A stretch of DNA of 64,000 nt, taken from positions 434,001 through 498,000 of IMG/VR virus record IMGVR_UViG_3300033145_003233; one strand, 5' to 3'. A program made the position numbers and the translations under genes. The notes below the pieces were generated by a model. That model ran no database searches and was not told the origin of the DNA. It worked only from the letters and a program-made list of their open reading frames with translations. This document shows, one piece after another, positions 1 to 8,264 of the stretch (position 1 is its first letter; each line of letters begins with the position of its first letter).

Positions 1-1513
1 TAAAATCATAATAATTTCTTATCTCATTTACTGTCCTACTAAATTGATTGATAAAATCATGCATGTCCTCAAAAAGCATTGGTAGAATGACATAAAAATT
101 GGGTTTGATATAACCTTTATCTCCATATTTTAATTTTCCCTTTTCCCATTTCTTTCTATCATCATCGTGCAACCTACAAGCCCTTCCAAGATTCTGCAAT
201 AACTTTATTTTCTTACAATATCTAAAAAATAACACTCCAGTTAAAGCCGGAATATCTAACCCACAAGTCATGATGTCAATATGAAAAATAATAGCTCTAT
301 CCGATGATTCCAATCCCTTTATAGAATCCAGCATCCTTCCTTTACTTTTATTACTCACTTTTATATTCTCTTCTTCAGGCATGTCCACGCCCGTGAAAGA
401 GCTAATATAATATAATTTAATATCAGGATACTTTTTCCTCATTTTTTTCATCTCTTTGGAATCCCTTATCCCCTGCATCTCGGCACTGCCATTTGAAACA
501 ACTAACATCTTCGCTCCGATTTTATCAGGACAAAATGATTCTTCTTTTATCTTTTTTTCATGTTCTTCAAACGATTGAAAAATCACTTTAGTTTTTTCAT
601 CAAATTCTCTTTCCCTAATAGGGCTATTAATATCCACCCTATTTGCATTTAATATATCTCTATCAATATCATATGTTGTTAATTTAACATCTGTAGAAAC
701 AAAATGGACAAGAGGCTCTAATATAACCCCAAACTCAATCAAATCTCTTGGAGACATACGCCTACCAAAACCATTTTCATCTTTCTGCCCAAAAAGTTCA
801 TCACCATATATATCAGAATTATTCATTCCCCTACCCTTATATGTTTCTTTATCATCTACATTACCTAATTTTTCTGTGGCTGTCATAAATATCTTTTTCT
901 TGGCAATGATCTCTGTAGCAGAGAATAAGTCGTCTTTAGCCCTTTGAATACCTCGTGGGTCCTCTCTCCCAGGAAGATAATGAGCCTCATCAAAAATACA
1001 TAGGTCGAATTCTAATCCCGATTTTCTAACAACCCCATTAGAATGATATGTAGAAATGACAATAGTATTAACACCTATTCTTTTATTGTTCTCCGCAGTT
1101 TTCTTAATCAATCTAAAATCTAGAGTGCTGATTGGTTTATCCACCCCTGCCCCATTAATGCGATACAAAGCCTCTTCTATTTGATCCGTCATATTCCGAC
1201 TCATATTTTCTGAGCCAACAAAAATAAAATTGACAGGATTCGTCTGATTTTCAAAATATTTCACAAAATCAGATATCCACTGTTTATTAAGCATAAGTCT
1301 TGGAGTAAAGACTATCCCCAAAAACTGATTAAATTTATTTTCATAATTAGAAATTATTCTAAAAAAGACCTCTCTTCCAATCACCCCTTTTCCAGAACCT
1401 GTAGGAAGTATAATTTTACCCTTTTCAAAGTCATCTTTTAAAATACTTTCAACAAAAGATTCTTGGAAAGGATATAAAAAATCATTTTTACATCTATTTT
1501 TTCTTTTGGCCAC
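1..1513 (-). CDS. Superfamily 2 DEAH helicase (type III restriction Res / type ISP-like helicase), 3'-truncated by the window edge; not in the ORF track
   Basis: Manual translation from GTG at 1513 (GGGGG SD-like upstream) gives MAKRKNRCKNDFLYPFQESF...LPTGSGKG (Walker A), VFTPRLML (Ia), IFDEAH (II), MTAT (III), CGLDIP (V), QNLGRACR (VI). No stop was seen in the stretches translated, including positions 60 to 1. Confidence 0.93.
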   Translation of the reverse strand, partial: MAKRKNRCKNDFLYPFQESFVESILKDDFEKGKIILPTGSGKGVIGREVFFRIISNYENKFNQFLGIVFTPRLMLNKQWISDFVKYFENQTNPVNFIFVGSENMSRNMTDQIEEALYRINGAGVDKPISTLDFRLIKKTAENNKRIGVNTIVISTYHSNGVVRKSGLEFDLCIFDEAHYLPGREDPRGIQRAKDDLFSATEIIAKKKIFMTATEKLGNVDDKETYKGRGMNNSDIYGDELFGQKDENGFGRRMSPRDLIEFGVILEPLVHFVSTDVKLTTYDIDRDILNANRVDINSPIREREFDEKTKVIFQSFEEHEKKIKEESFCPDKIGAKMLVVSNGSAEMQGIRDSKEMKKMRKKYPDIKLYYISSFTGVDMPEEENIKVSNKSKGRMLDSIKGLESSDRAIIFHIDIMTCGLDIPALTGVLFFRYCKKIKLLQNLGRACRLHDDDRKKWEKGKLKYGDKGYIKPNFYVILPMLFEDMHDFINQFSRTVNEIRNYYDF

Positions 1514-2183
1514 TATCCCCCCTTTTTCTCAACTGATTTTTCCACGATTCGGCAAAAGAATTCCAGAAAATCCCATTGTCATCTACCCTTCTCCGGATAT
1601 CGCTTCTATTAACCTCTCTGACATCGCTCAACATATGCTCTTTTACATCATAATGAATTTTTTTACCACAATGGATAATAGTCATATTACAAGTATCTTT
1701 AATTCTATCCCTGCCATTTTTTAATTGACATTTTTCGTTAGGGTCAACTCCAAAGCCACCAGCTTCTTTACTCATCGTTGAAAGAGATCTAAAATTAGTA
1801 AGATGGTCTTTATTCGCAGTCAACTCATAGTTAGCTTGGCGATATTTAATCTGTATGGTATGTATCTTACCATTAGTCCCCAATCCAACAGAGTCCACTC
1901 CATAATCATCTTCAGAATCTATAAGTTCATAAGATTCTGGATCAATGCCAATTAACATATCCCCACCAAAGATACGAACTAACATCTCTACAAATAATTC
2001 AAAACCATCCCCCTTATACTTATTTAATATATCATCATCTATCTCTCCATCTCCCCCTGTTGCCTTCTTAATAGCTTGTTTCTCAAGTCGATAGGCAAAA
2101 GTGCTGAATTTAGAACATTCCTTTAAAAGCCCTATAGGATCAATACATCTTCTTAAAAACGGATGAGTTAGTTTAACAATCAC
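1494..2183 (-). CDS. PD-(D/E)XK (Mrr-like) restriction-endonuclease-fold protein
   Basis: GDGFELFVE helix followed by GVD-x12-IQIK, the D...(Q/E)xK catalytic pattern. GTG start with GGAG SD 7 nt upstream. Overlaps the helicase start by 20 nt. Confidence 0.7.
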   Translation of the reverse strand: MIVKLTHPFLRRCIDPIGLLKECSKFSTFAYRLEKQAIKKATGGDGEIDDDILNKYKGDGFELFVEMLVRIFGGDMLIGIDPESYELIDSEDDYGVDSVGLGTNGKIHTIQIKYRQANYELTANKDHLTNFRSLSTMSKEAGGFGVDPNEKCQLKNGRDRIKDTCNMTIIHCGKKIHYDVKEHMLSDVREVNRSDIRRRVDDNGIFWNSFAESWKNQLRKRGDSGQKKK

Positions 2184-2289
2184 TTTATTACTCCATAAAT
2201 TAAGTATTACTTACCTCAACAATATTACTACTTTAACCCTTTTTCTATATTATAGTAAAAAAGCATTTGTCTGGAAAATTATTTACTGA

Positions 2290-2318
2290 ATTATAATCTA
2301 TTTTGAGGATTTTGTCAA
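2290..2318 (-). promoter_or_regulatory. Perfect consensus sigma70 promoter driving the nuclease-helicase pair
   Basis: Minus strand TTGACA (2318-2313), 17-nt spacer, TATAAT (2295-2290), with an AT-rich UP-like tract upstream, in the intergenic gap. Confidence 0.88.
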
Positions 2319-2343
2319 GAGGAATATTGAAATAAAAAATTAA

Positions 2344-3318
2344 CTACATAAATTTTACCCTACTGCGATCAATATCCCTTAATCTCTTATTATTTTTACA
2401 TATATTTTGCGCCCAAGAAAGACTATTTTCACTATTGCTATATATATCCTTGTATGATTTTTCTATCTGTAGATTGTTGGCTACCTCTACTTGCCTTGTC
2501 CCAAATGGATAAACCCTCCCGTCAAATACAGATAAATGCGAAGCCTCGGTCTCGATATATTCTTTACTGACTATAAGTAAAATACTTTTAGGAGATAAAG
2601 GAAAATGCAATTGCAATTTTTCGCTGGCCAATCCTTGTATCAAAGAATCTCCAAAAGCATCTACCACAGGGTTATCAGAAGTGTAAAAAGGCACATCAGC
2701 ACGATTAACTCCAAAAAACCAATAATACTTCTTTGAAGAAAAATTCTTACAAAAAATATCTGCCATATCAAAAATACTATACATGTGATTAAGTTTTATA
2801 TCATCATGATCTAAATTTAAATTACATTTTTCCATCCTCTTTTTTCCAACTATCTCCTCCACTCTATCCCTCATTCCATAAATAATATCTTCAAACTTCT
2901 TTTTTGATTCCTTGCCCCTGGTCCATTGGACTCCAAGATAAAAAGATATATCTCTCTTTATATTAAATGCTTCTTCCTCTCCATAAATAGATTTTAAACA
3001 TTTGATATTTTTATCAGTAAAAATCTCATCTATTTGTTTTACCCTACAAGCCATATTGCCTTCTATTTGAGACAGTAAATCTTCTACACAAAGAGAAGAT
3101 ATTAAAGAATAATTTTTTAAAAATTGCTCTGGCATAGTATAAAAATGCTTTTCTGTTATTTTATCTGAATCTGTAGATGTTTTTTTGATAATATCTTTTT
3201 CCTTATCATAATAAAAAATATCATATTGGTTAGGATTATATCTACTTTTTTTCGCCCATCTTTTTAAATACCAATTCGGGACAAGATGCTGATTTTTATT
3301 TCTATTACTATTGCTCAT
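2344..3318 (-). CDS. DUF4238 family protein
   Basis: N-terminal NQHLVPNWYLKRW, internal FYTSDNPV and FPLSPKSILLI match the recalled family motifs QHYVPxxYL, TSDNPV and PLSP. GGGAG SD. Confidence 0.8.
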   Translation of the reverse strand: MSNSNRNKNQHLVPNWYLKRWAKKSRYNPNQYDIFYYDKEKDIIKKTSTDSDKITEKHFYTMPEQFLKNYSLISSLCVEDLLSQIEGNMACRVKQIDEIFTDKNIKCLKSIYGEEEAFNIKRDISFYLGVQWTRGKESKKKFEDIIYGMRDRVEEIVGKKRMEKCNLNLDHDDIKLNHMYSIFDMADIFCKNFSSKKYYWFFGVNRADVPFYTSDNPVVDAFGDSLIQGLASEKLQLHFPLSPKSILLIVSKEYIETEASHLSVFDGRVYPFGTRQVEVANNLQIEKSYKDIYSNSENSLSWAQNICKNNKRLRDIDRSRVKFM

Positions 3319-3366
3319 TAAGCTAACTCCCTATAAATACAACTCACTATATTATATATCGGCTTT

Positions 3367-4680
3367 TTAACCTATCTGTAATTGCAGCTTTTTAATAGAT
3401 TCTTCTTTATCTTCATTATATTTAATTCTATGAAGAACAACACTATTCTCCCTACAAAACACCCCATCTAATTTATCTTTTTTTTGTGTCCTTTTAAATA
3501 ATTTTTCTACTTTTACCCTATCCTTACAACCAAACCCTATAGGTTCAAAATGCTGTATCCCATCATATTCTACCATAACTTTAACATTATTTTTCTCCAT
3601 CCAAAAATCACAATATCTCTTATGGTTATAATCTCTATATTTATCCCATATTTTTTTATGGGAAATAATATCCCAATCTTTAAAATATTTTTCTAAAATT
3701 TCTTTTACTTTACCCTCATTTTTATATCTACAAGCAGGACAACCATCACCCCTTCCTGTTCTATTTCTAATAACGGCTTCCCATATATGCCCTTGAGAGC
3801 ATACCCACCAAGCTTTTCTTGAACTACCCCGAGTAACAGTATTAGGTGTTAAATCTTGATTTTTTTTATAATCCCATTCTTTAGCTATATCTGGAAACAA
3901 AGTTGCTAAACAATTATCTTTACAAGTCTTTTGTCCAGAACAATAAGGGCAATTAGTCCCAACGCTTCTGCTAAGCGTAGTCGCTTGCCATTCATGCCCT
4001 TTCTCACATATCCACCATACTTTCTTTTTGCTATTTCTTGCAGTTATATTTTTAGGAGTCAAACTTCCATTTTTAACAGAATGCCATTCTTTAGCAACTA
4101 TAGGATTGAGAGTAGCTAAACAATTATCTTTACAAATCTTTTGACCGGCGCAACAAGGACAATTAGTTCCGCTATGTGTTCTACTAGATATCTTAGCTTT
4201 CCACCCATGACCATAAAAACATATCCACCATACTTTCTTTCCGCTGCCATGCACCACAGTTTTAGGAGATTCTCTTTTATTTTTCTTATAATCCCATTCC
4301 TCTGCTATCCTTGGAAATCTATTTTCCAAACAATTATCGTTAGAGACCCTATGCCCAGCACAATAAGGGCAACCATTACCGCCATGAGTCACATTAGTTC
4401 GACAATTGATAGAAGCTTGCCATCTATGTTTTATATTAGAAGAACAAGTCCAGAATGCCTGTTTATGACTACCACTCGTTAATTTTTTAGGATCTAACCC
4501 TAATTTCTTATTCTTTTCACAATCCCATTCCGTTTCAATTAGTTTTTTATGTGTTTCATAAACTGATACTTTTTTAACCCCAACGTGATAAAAATACTTA
4601 GCACAACATTTATGAGAACAATATTTTTTTCTCAATTTTTCTAATTCCTTACCACACCATAAACATTTTTTATTCATCAT
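3367..4680 (-). CDS. Zinc-ribbon (treble-clef, DUF4379-type) repeat protein with C-terminal Vsr-like/EDxHD-type endonuclease domain; homing-endonuclease-like
   Basis: N-terminal CxxC...YCSxxC finger, four EW..KN...W.C..GH.W......GCP.C repeats, and C-terminal YCDFW...VEYDGIQHF...LHRIKY. The start is probably ATG 4680 (GGGGGGTG SD) rather than the track start at 4710. Confidence 0.82.
   Translation of the reverse strand: MMNKKCLWCGKELEKLRKKYCSHKCCAKYFYHVGVKKVSVYETHKKLIETEWDCEKNKKLGLDPKKLTSGSHKQAFWTCSSNIKHRWQASINCRTNVTHGGNGCPYCAGHRVSNDNCLENRFPRIAEEWDYKKNKRESPKTVVHGSGKKVWWICFYGHGWKAKISSRTHSGTNCPCCAGQKICKDNCLATLNPIVAKEWHSVKNGSLTPKNITARNSKKKVWWICEKGHEWQATTLSRSVGTNCPYCSGQKTCKDNCLATLFPDIAKEWDYKKNQDLTPNTVTRGSSRKAWWVCSQGHIWEAVIRNRTGRGDGCPACRYKNEGKVKEILEKYFKDWDIISHKKIWDKYRDYNHKRYCDFWMEKNNVKVMVEYDGIQHFEPIGFGCKDRVKVEKLFKRTQKKDKLDGVFCRENSVVLHRIKYNEDKEESIKKLQLQIG
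3722..4555 (-). repeat. Four tandem ~66-aa zinc-ribbon repeats
   Basis: Repeated DNCLATLxPxIAKEWxxxKN and W.C..GH.W...GxxCPxC blocks in the translation. Confidence 0.9.
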
Positions 4681-4858
4681 CACGATTACACCCCCCATTA
4701 TATGCCACATCTTGCACTCTATTTATATCGACATGAATATTATCATTATATAATCTTCTAATTTCTCCCAAAATTTTATGATATGCCTCATCTGGATCTC
4801 TATAACTCAAAAATAAAGAGGCTAACAGACTAATTCTATCATTATTTTCTTTTAACAT
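4670..4858 (-). CDS. Small hypothetical protein (about 62 aa), first gene of the leftward cassette
   Basis: GGAG SD about 8 nt before ATG 4858. The track start at 4891 lies inside the palindrome/promoter. The stop overlaps the start region of the zinc-ribbon gene. Confidence 0.5.
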   Translation of the reverse strand: MLKENNDRISLLASLFLSYRDPDEAYHKILGEIRRLYNDNIHVDINRVQDVAYNGGCNRDDE

Positions 4859-4882
4859 TTCCATCTCTCCATATAAATATAA

Positions 4883-4915
4883 TAGTATCATTATAATAGT
4901 ATTATAATAATACTA
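4883..4915. promoter_or_regulatory. 33-bp imperfect palindrome, candidate operator
   Basis: TAGTATCATTATAATA-G-TATTATAATAATACTA, with 15 of 16 arm positions complementary. ATAATAGTAT is also repeated at 4879 and 4893. Confidence 0.6.
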
Positions 4916-4918
4916 CAA
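4890..4918 (-). promoter_or_regulatory. Probable sigma70 promoter for the leftward cassette
   Basis: TTGTAG (4918-4913), 17-nt spacer, TATAAT (4895-4890); overlapped by the palindrome. Confidence 0.5.
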
Positions 4919-4985
4919 TATTCCTTCTTTATTTTTAAGAAAATATCAAAAAAATTACGATATAATATAAATAATAGGAGAAAAG

Positions 4986-5135
4986 ATGGCTAAAGAAAAA
5001 AAAGATAAGAATATAGTTGTAATGGTTTCTCAGTCTATGTATAAAGATTTTATAAAATCTTGCGAGAAAGATTATCTAACAATGAGCGAATATTTAAGAG
5101 CATGTATTAGAGAAAAAATAAAAGAAAAGAAATAG
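4986..5135 (+). CDS. Ribbon-helix-helix (CopG/Arc-like) DNA-binding protein, 49 aa; not in the ORF track
   Basis: AGGAG SD at 4976-4980, ATG 4986, TAG ending 5135. MAKEKKDKNIVVMVSQSMYKDFIKSCEKDYLTMSEYLRACIREKIKEKK shows a beta strand (IVVMV), helix A and helix B (MSEYLRACI), typical of RHH proteins. Confidence 0.8.
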   Translation: MAKEKKDKNIVVMVSQSMYKDFIKSCEKDYLTMSEYLRACIREKIKEKK

Positions 5136-5142
5136 ACTATTC

Positions 5143-8100
5143 TTAATTATTTGTAGCTGAAGTTATTGTGATAATGGGAGTAGTAATTGTTGTGCCAAAA
5201 TCCAAACTGTCATGAGGCAGAACCTCGGCCCGATACTGCTGACCCACAAGCACAATACTATTATCTATTGTAGATGTATGAGTTCCCAGACTGGTAGTAA
5301 TATGGCCTCTGTAATCTTCTACATTATATGTAGTTAATAAATTACCATCATGATCATTAAAAATATAAACTGGATCAGCAGGCCATTCTGTTTCTCCTGG
5401 ATTTTTTCTATACCATCTAATTTCTGTCTGGTCAAATTGTCCACTTTCATCCACGTCGCCAATAAAATTTACCTCAAAATCCAGAAAATACCATGTTAAT
5501 ATTACATCATTATGTTCATCATGAACATTGCGAATATAAGACACATTAGAAACAGTAGGAAGGGCATTTTGAACCACAACCACAGGGCTTGTAATAATAT
5601 CCCCTACAACATTACCTGTTTTTGGTATAACCTGAACAAATATAGAGTTAAGCATTCTAAGGCCATAATCCCTATAACTTTCTGTTCCCACTTCATTAGG
5701 CCAAATTTCATGAATCGGAGCTTGACCTACTCCCCTATCCTCTCCATATATTCCTCTCTTAAAGACTTCATCATTAACATACCATATAATCTCTGATTGG
5801 TTTTCTTGTCCATCAGAGAAAAATACTGTGTCTATAGGAGGATAAATAATGGCCTTTAAATCACCAGCTAACCTACTAGTGATCTGACCTTCATTATCAG
5901 ACATTACTGTTATTTGATCTAAAACAGGAGTGGATTCTACAACTTCTGCCATATTAGATTTTACCCTAGAGCTATATAATTCCCCATCGCTTACTTGTAT
6001 CTCAAAATAAATCCTATCTCCTGAATTCAGTATGGAATCAGATTGTTTTTTTATCCATGTCTCAATATCCTGGATATTAGTTAAATCGTCAGGATATGAT
6101 AAAGAAGTATTAACATAAATAGGATCCATTGGATCTGCTATGTCATTCCATTTGGTTAGATTTTCTAAATAATTTATAACGCTTCCATTAATAAACCACC
6201 GTATTCTCCTTTGAGATATATCTTCTTCTTCGAAATTAGAATCATAATACACATAAGAACTCTCAATAGTGCTAAATCTATTAGAAGTTTCATTTTCAAT
6301 AGCCACAGACTGAGCTTCAGGGGCTGCTTTGGCTAATGGTGGTAACAAATCTTTCCCAGTAGTATATAAATAACCAATACCATATATCTCTAATTCATCT
6401 AATTTAGTTTTATTGGTTAATTTCATACCTATTTTATATTCTCCCGCATTAATAATACCTATCTTATAATCTCCATCTTGATAGTCAGAAGATAATGCAT
6501 AATTTAACACTACTATCCCATCCCTAGGATATAATCTATAATAATTAGTTGGAACAACTTCATCTGATTTGTTATATAGAAGAACAGCAGAGAACGGGTC
6601 CCATGAACCGTATTCTGTTTTTAGTGTGAAGAGATCAACTTTTGCAAGAGGTTCTTGTTGAAACTCTGCTATATCTTGAGAGAATCTTATGGGAATTACT
6701 ACTTTTCCATTTTGATTTACTGCCGGTTGAGAATCAAGAGAATAATCGTTCCAGTTGTGGGAATCAGATTTAGCAACTCCGACATCAATCTGATGATCAT
6801 TAATTTCATTTGCGTCTACCGCTAAAGTTATTTGATATGGCTGAACATCTACTTCTTCTTTGTTGAGATATAAATAAGCTACCTTATAAGCATTATATGT
6901 AATTTGAACAGAAGTAAGAGCAGGAGAATCTGGAGTGGCATCAGATACATTATCATTAATACTAGTAATCAACACTATCTTAAATTTTATATATCTTGCC
7001 AATAAATTTTCAAAATCAACCGCATCTGCATAAGTGTAATTAGCATCTATAGCTGTAAAATTATAACCATCAACGCTCGTCTCAATAGCCCATGTAGCAT
7101 TAGAATCCGAAGAAGGGATAGTAAAAGATATTGCGATGTGATTTATTAACGCCTCTTCTCCCAAATCAGCTATAAATTCATATGTCCCATACCCTAGAGA
7201 TCCCACTGTCTCTCTGTAAAATATCCCTATAATATCATCTAGATAAGCTTCATCATTTACCGTAAGAGCTTGACCCCCAGTTAAAAATGATAATTTATTT
7301 ATATTTTTTGTATCAGAAGAGTTAGCCTTAACAGACAAAGTTACTGGCTCTACAATCGCCATATTAGATATCAATACAGGAACATTTTTATCTCCATCAA
7401 TGTCATTAACTTCTGTAATAGCATTATCAAGAGAAGAGATAGAAACATTAGACTCATTATCAGTAAACAAATAAATGGTCTTTCTCTTATCATCAACATC
7501 ATTGTCAGATAAAACTCTTGAAGCGACAACGATTGCATCATACATAGTTGAAGCGCCAAAAGGAGTAAAATTCTGAAGTTTATTTATCTCATCGATAATT
7601 GTTGAACTAGAGCTAGTATTGGTTCCCAAGACAGAACTAACAGATGGAACCCATTCAGAATCATTATAACAATCTATAATAATATTGCTATTTGTTCTTT
7701 TCTTTGTTTTTTGGAACAAAGAAGTTACATCATTAACTTCTTCTTCTTGAGGACTCGTTCCTCTATCAACTGTTCTATTATAAAAAGAACTTCCATTGAG
7801 AGAATAAACAGTTACCTCAATTGATAATTTATATGGACTCCTTATTACTCCTGCCTCTATTTTTATAACAACTGGTTCCTTATTAGTATCTGTAATCTGC
7901 TCATCGGTTCTAATACCTCCCTGAGAAACGATATTGATATTAGCCACAGTAGCTTCCTCTATAGATGATGTCTCTTCAAATAAATCTTCTGAACGAGGCA
8001 ATATAGTTATAACACATCTGCCACTATTTACAGGGATAGAGTCCGAAGTAAAAAGAACAGGATAAACAACGGTTTTGTCTTCCAATTGATTTAAAGTTTC

Positions 8101-8262
8101 TGTTTCTGTTGTTGAAGATTGATCTCTGAATTTTAGAAATCCCCTTACAACCACAGTTAATGGTTCTGTTACATATCTACCACCCTTTTTAATATCTATA
8201 GGTATAGAGACAGATTGTTTCCCATCTATCTTGCAACTGATTGTTTTATATTCATTTCCCAT
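5143..8262 (-). CDS. Multi-domain virion/adhesion protein: C-terminal half of a vWA domain, jelly-roll-like domain, three Ig-like (IRWxxNG-type) domains
   Basis: GASTMYDAI...IYLFTDNESN...LSFLTGG (vWA second half); RYIKFKIVL...SPALTSVQITY; RRIRWFING, IIWYVND and EIRWYRK modules. Confidence 0.65.
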   Translation of the reverse strand: MGNEYKTISCKIDGKQSVSIPIDIKKGGRYVTEPLTVVVRGFLKFRDQSSTTETETLNQLEDKTVVYPVLFTSDSIPVNSGRCVITILPRSEDLFEETSSIEEATVANINIVSQGGIRTDEQITDTNKEPVVIKIEAGVIRSPYKLSIEVTVYSLNGSSFYNRTVDRGTSPQEEEVNDVTSLFQKTKKRTNSNIIIDCYNDSEWVPSVSSVLGTNTSSSSTIIDEINKLQNFTPFGASTMYDAIVVASRVLSDNDVDDKRKTIYLFTDNESNVSISSLDNAITEVNDIDGDKNVPVLISNMAIVEPVTLSVKANSSDTKNINKLSFLTGGQALTVNDEAYLDDIIGIFYRETVGSLGYGTYEFIADLGEEALINHIAISFTIPSSDSNATWAIETSVDGYNFTAIDANYTYADAVDFENLLARYIKFKIVLITSINDNVSDATPDSPALTSVQITYNAYKVAYLYLNKEEVDVQPYQITLAVDANEINDHQIDVGVAKSDSHNWNDYSLDSQPAVNQNGKVVIPIRFSQDIAEFQQEPLAKVDLFTLKTEYGSWDPFSAVLLYNKSDEVVPTNYYRLYPRDGIVVLNYALSSDYQDGDYKIGIINAGEYKIGMKLTNKTKLDELEIYGIGYLYTTGKDLLPPLAKAAPEAQSVAIENETSNRFSTIESSYVYYDSNFEEEDISQRRIRWFINGSVINYLENLTKWNDIADPMDPIYVNTSLSYPDDLTNIQDIETWIKKQSDSILNSGDRIYFEIQVSDGELYSSRVKSNMAEVVESTPVLDQITVMSDNEGQITSRLAGDLKAIIYPPIDTVFFSDGQENQSEIIWYVNDEVFKRGIYGEDRGVGQAPIHEIWPNEVGTESYRDYGLRMLNSIFVQVIPKTGNVVGDIITSPVVVVQNALPTVSNVSYIRNVHDEHNDVILTWYFLDFEVNFIGDVDESGQFDQTEIRWYRKNPGETEWPADPVYIFNDHDGNLLTTYNVEDYRGHITTSLGTHTSTIDNSIVLVGQQYRAEVLPHDSLDFGTTITTPIITITSATNN

Positions 8263-8264
8263 TT

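Noticed and set aside
2249-2276. Second minus-strand promoter (TTCCAG-16-TATAAT)
   Set aside because: The -35 match is poor and TATAAT is common in this AT-rich DNA; the perfect promoter just upstream already explains expression.
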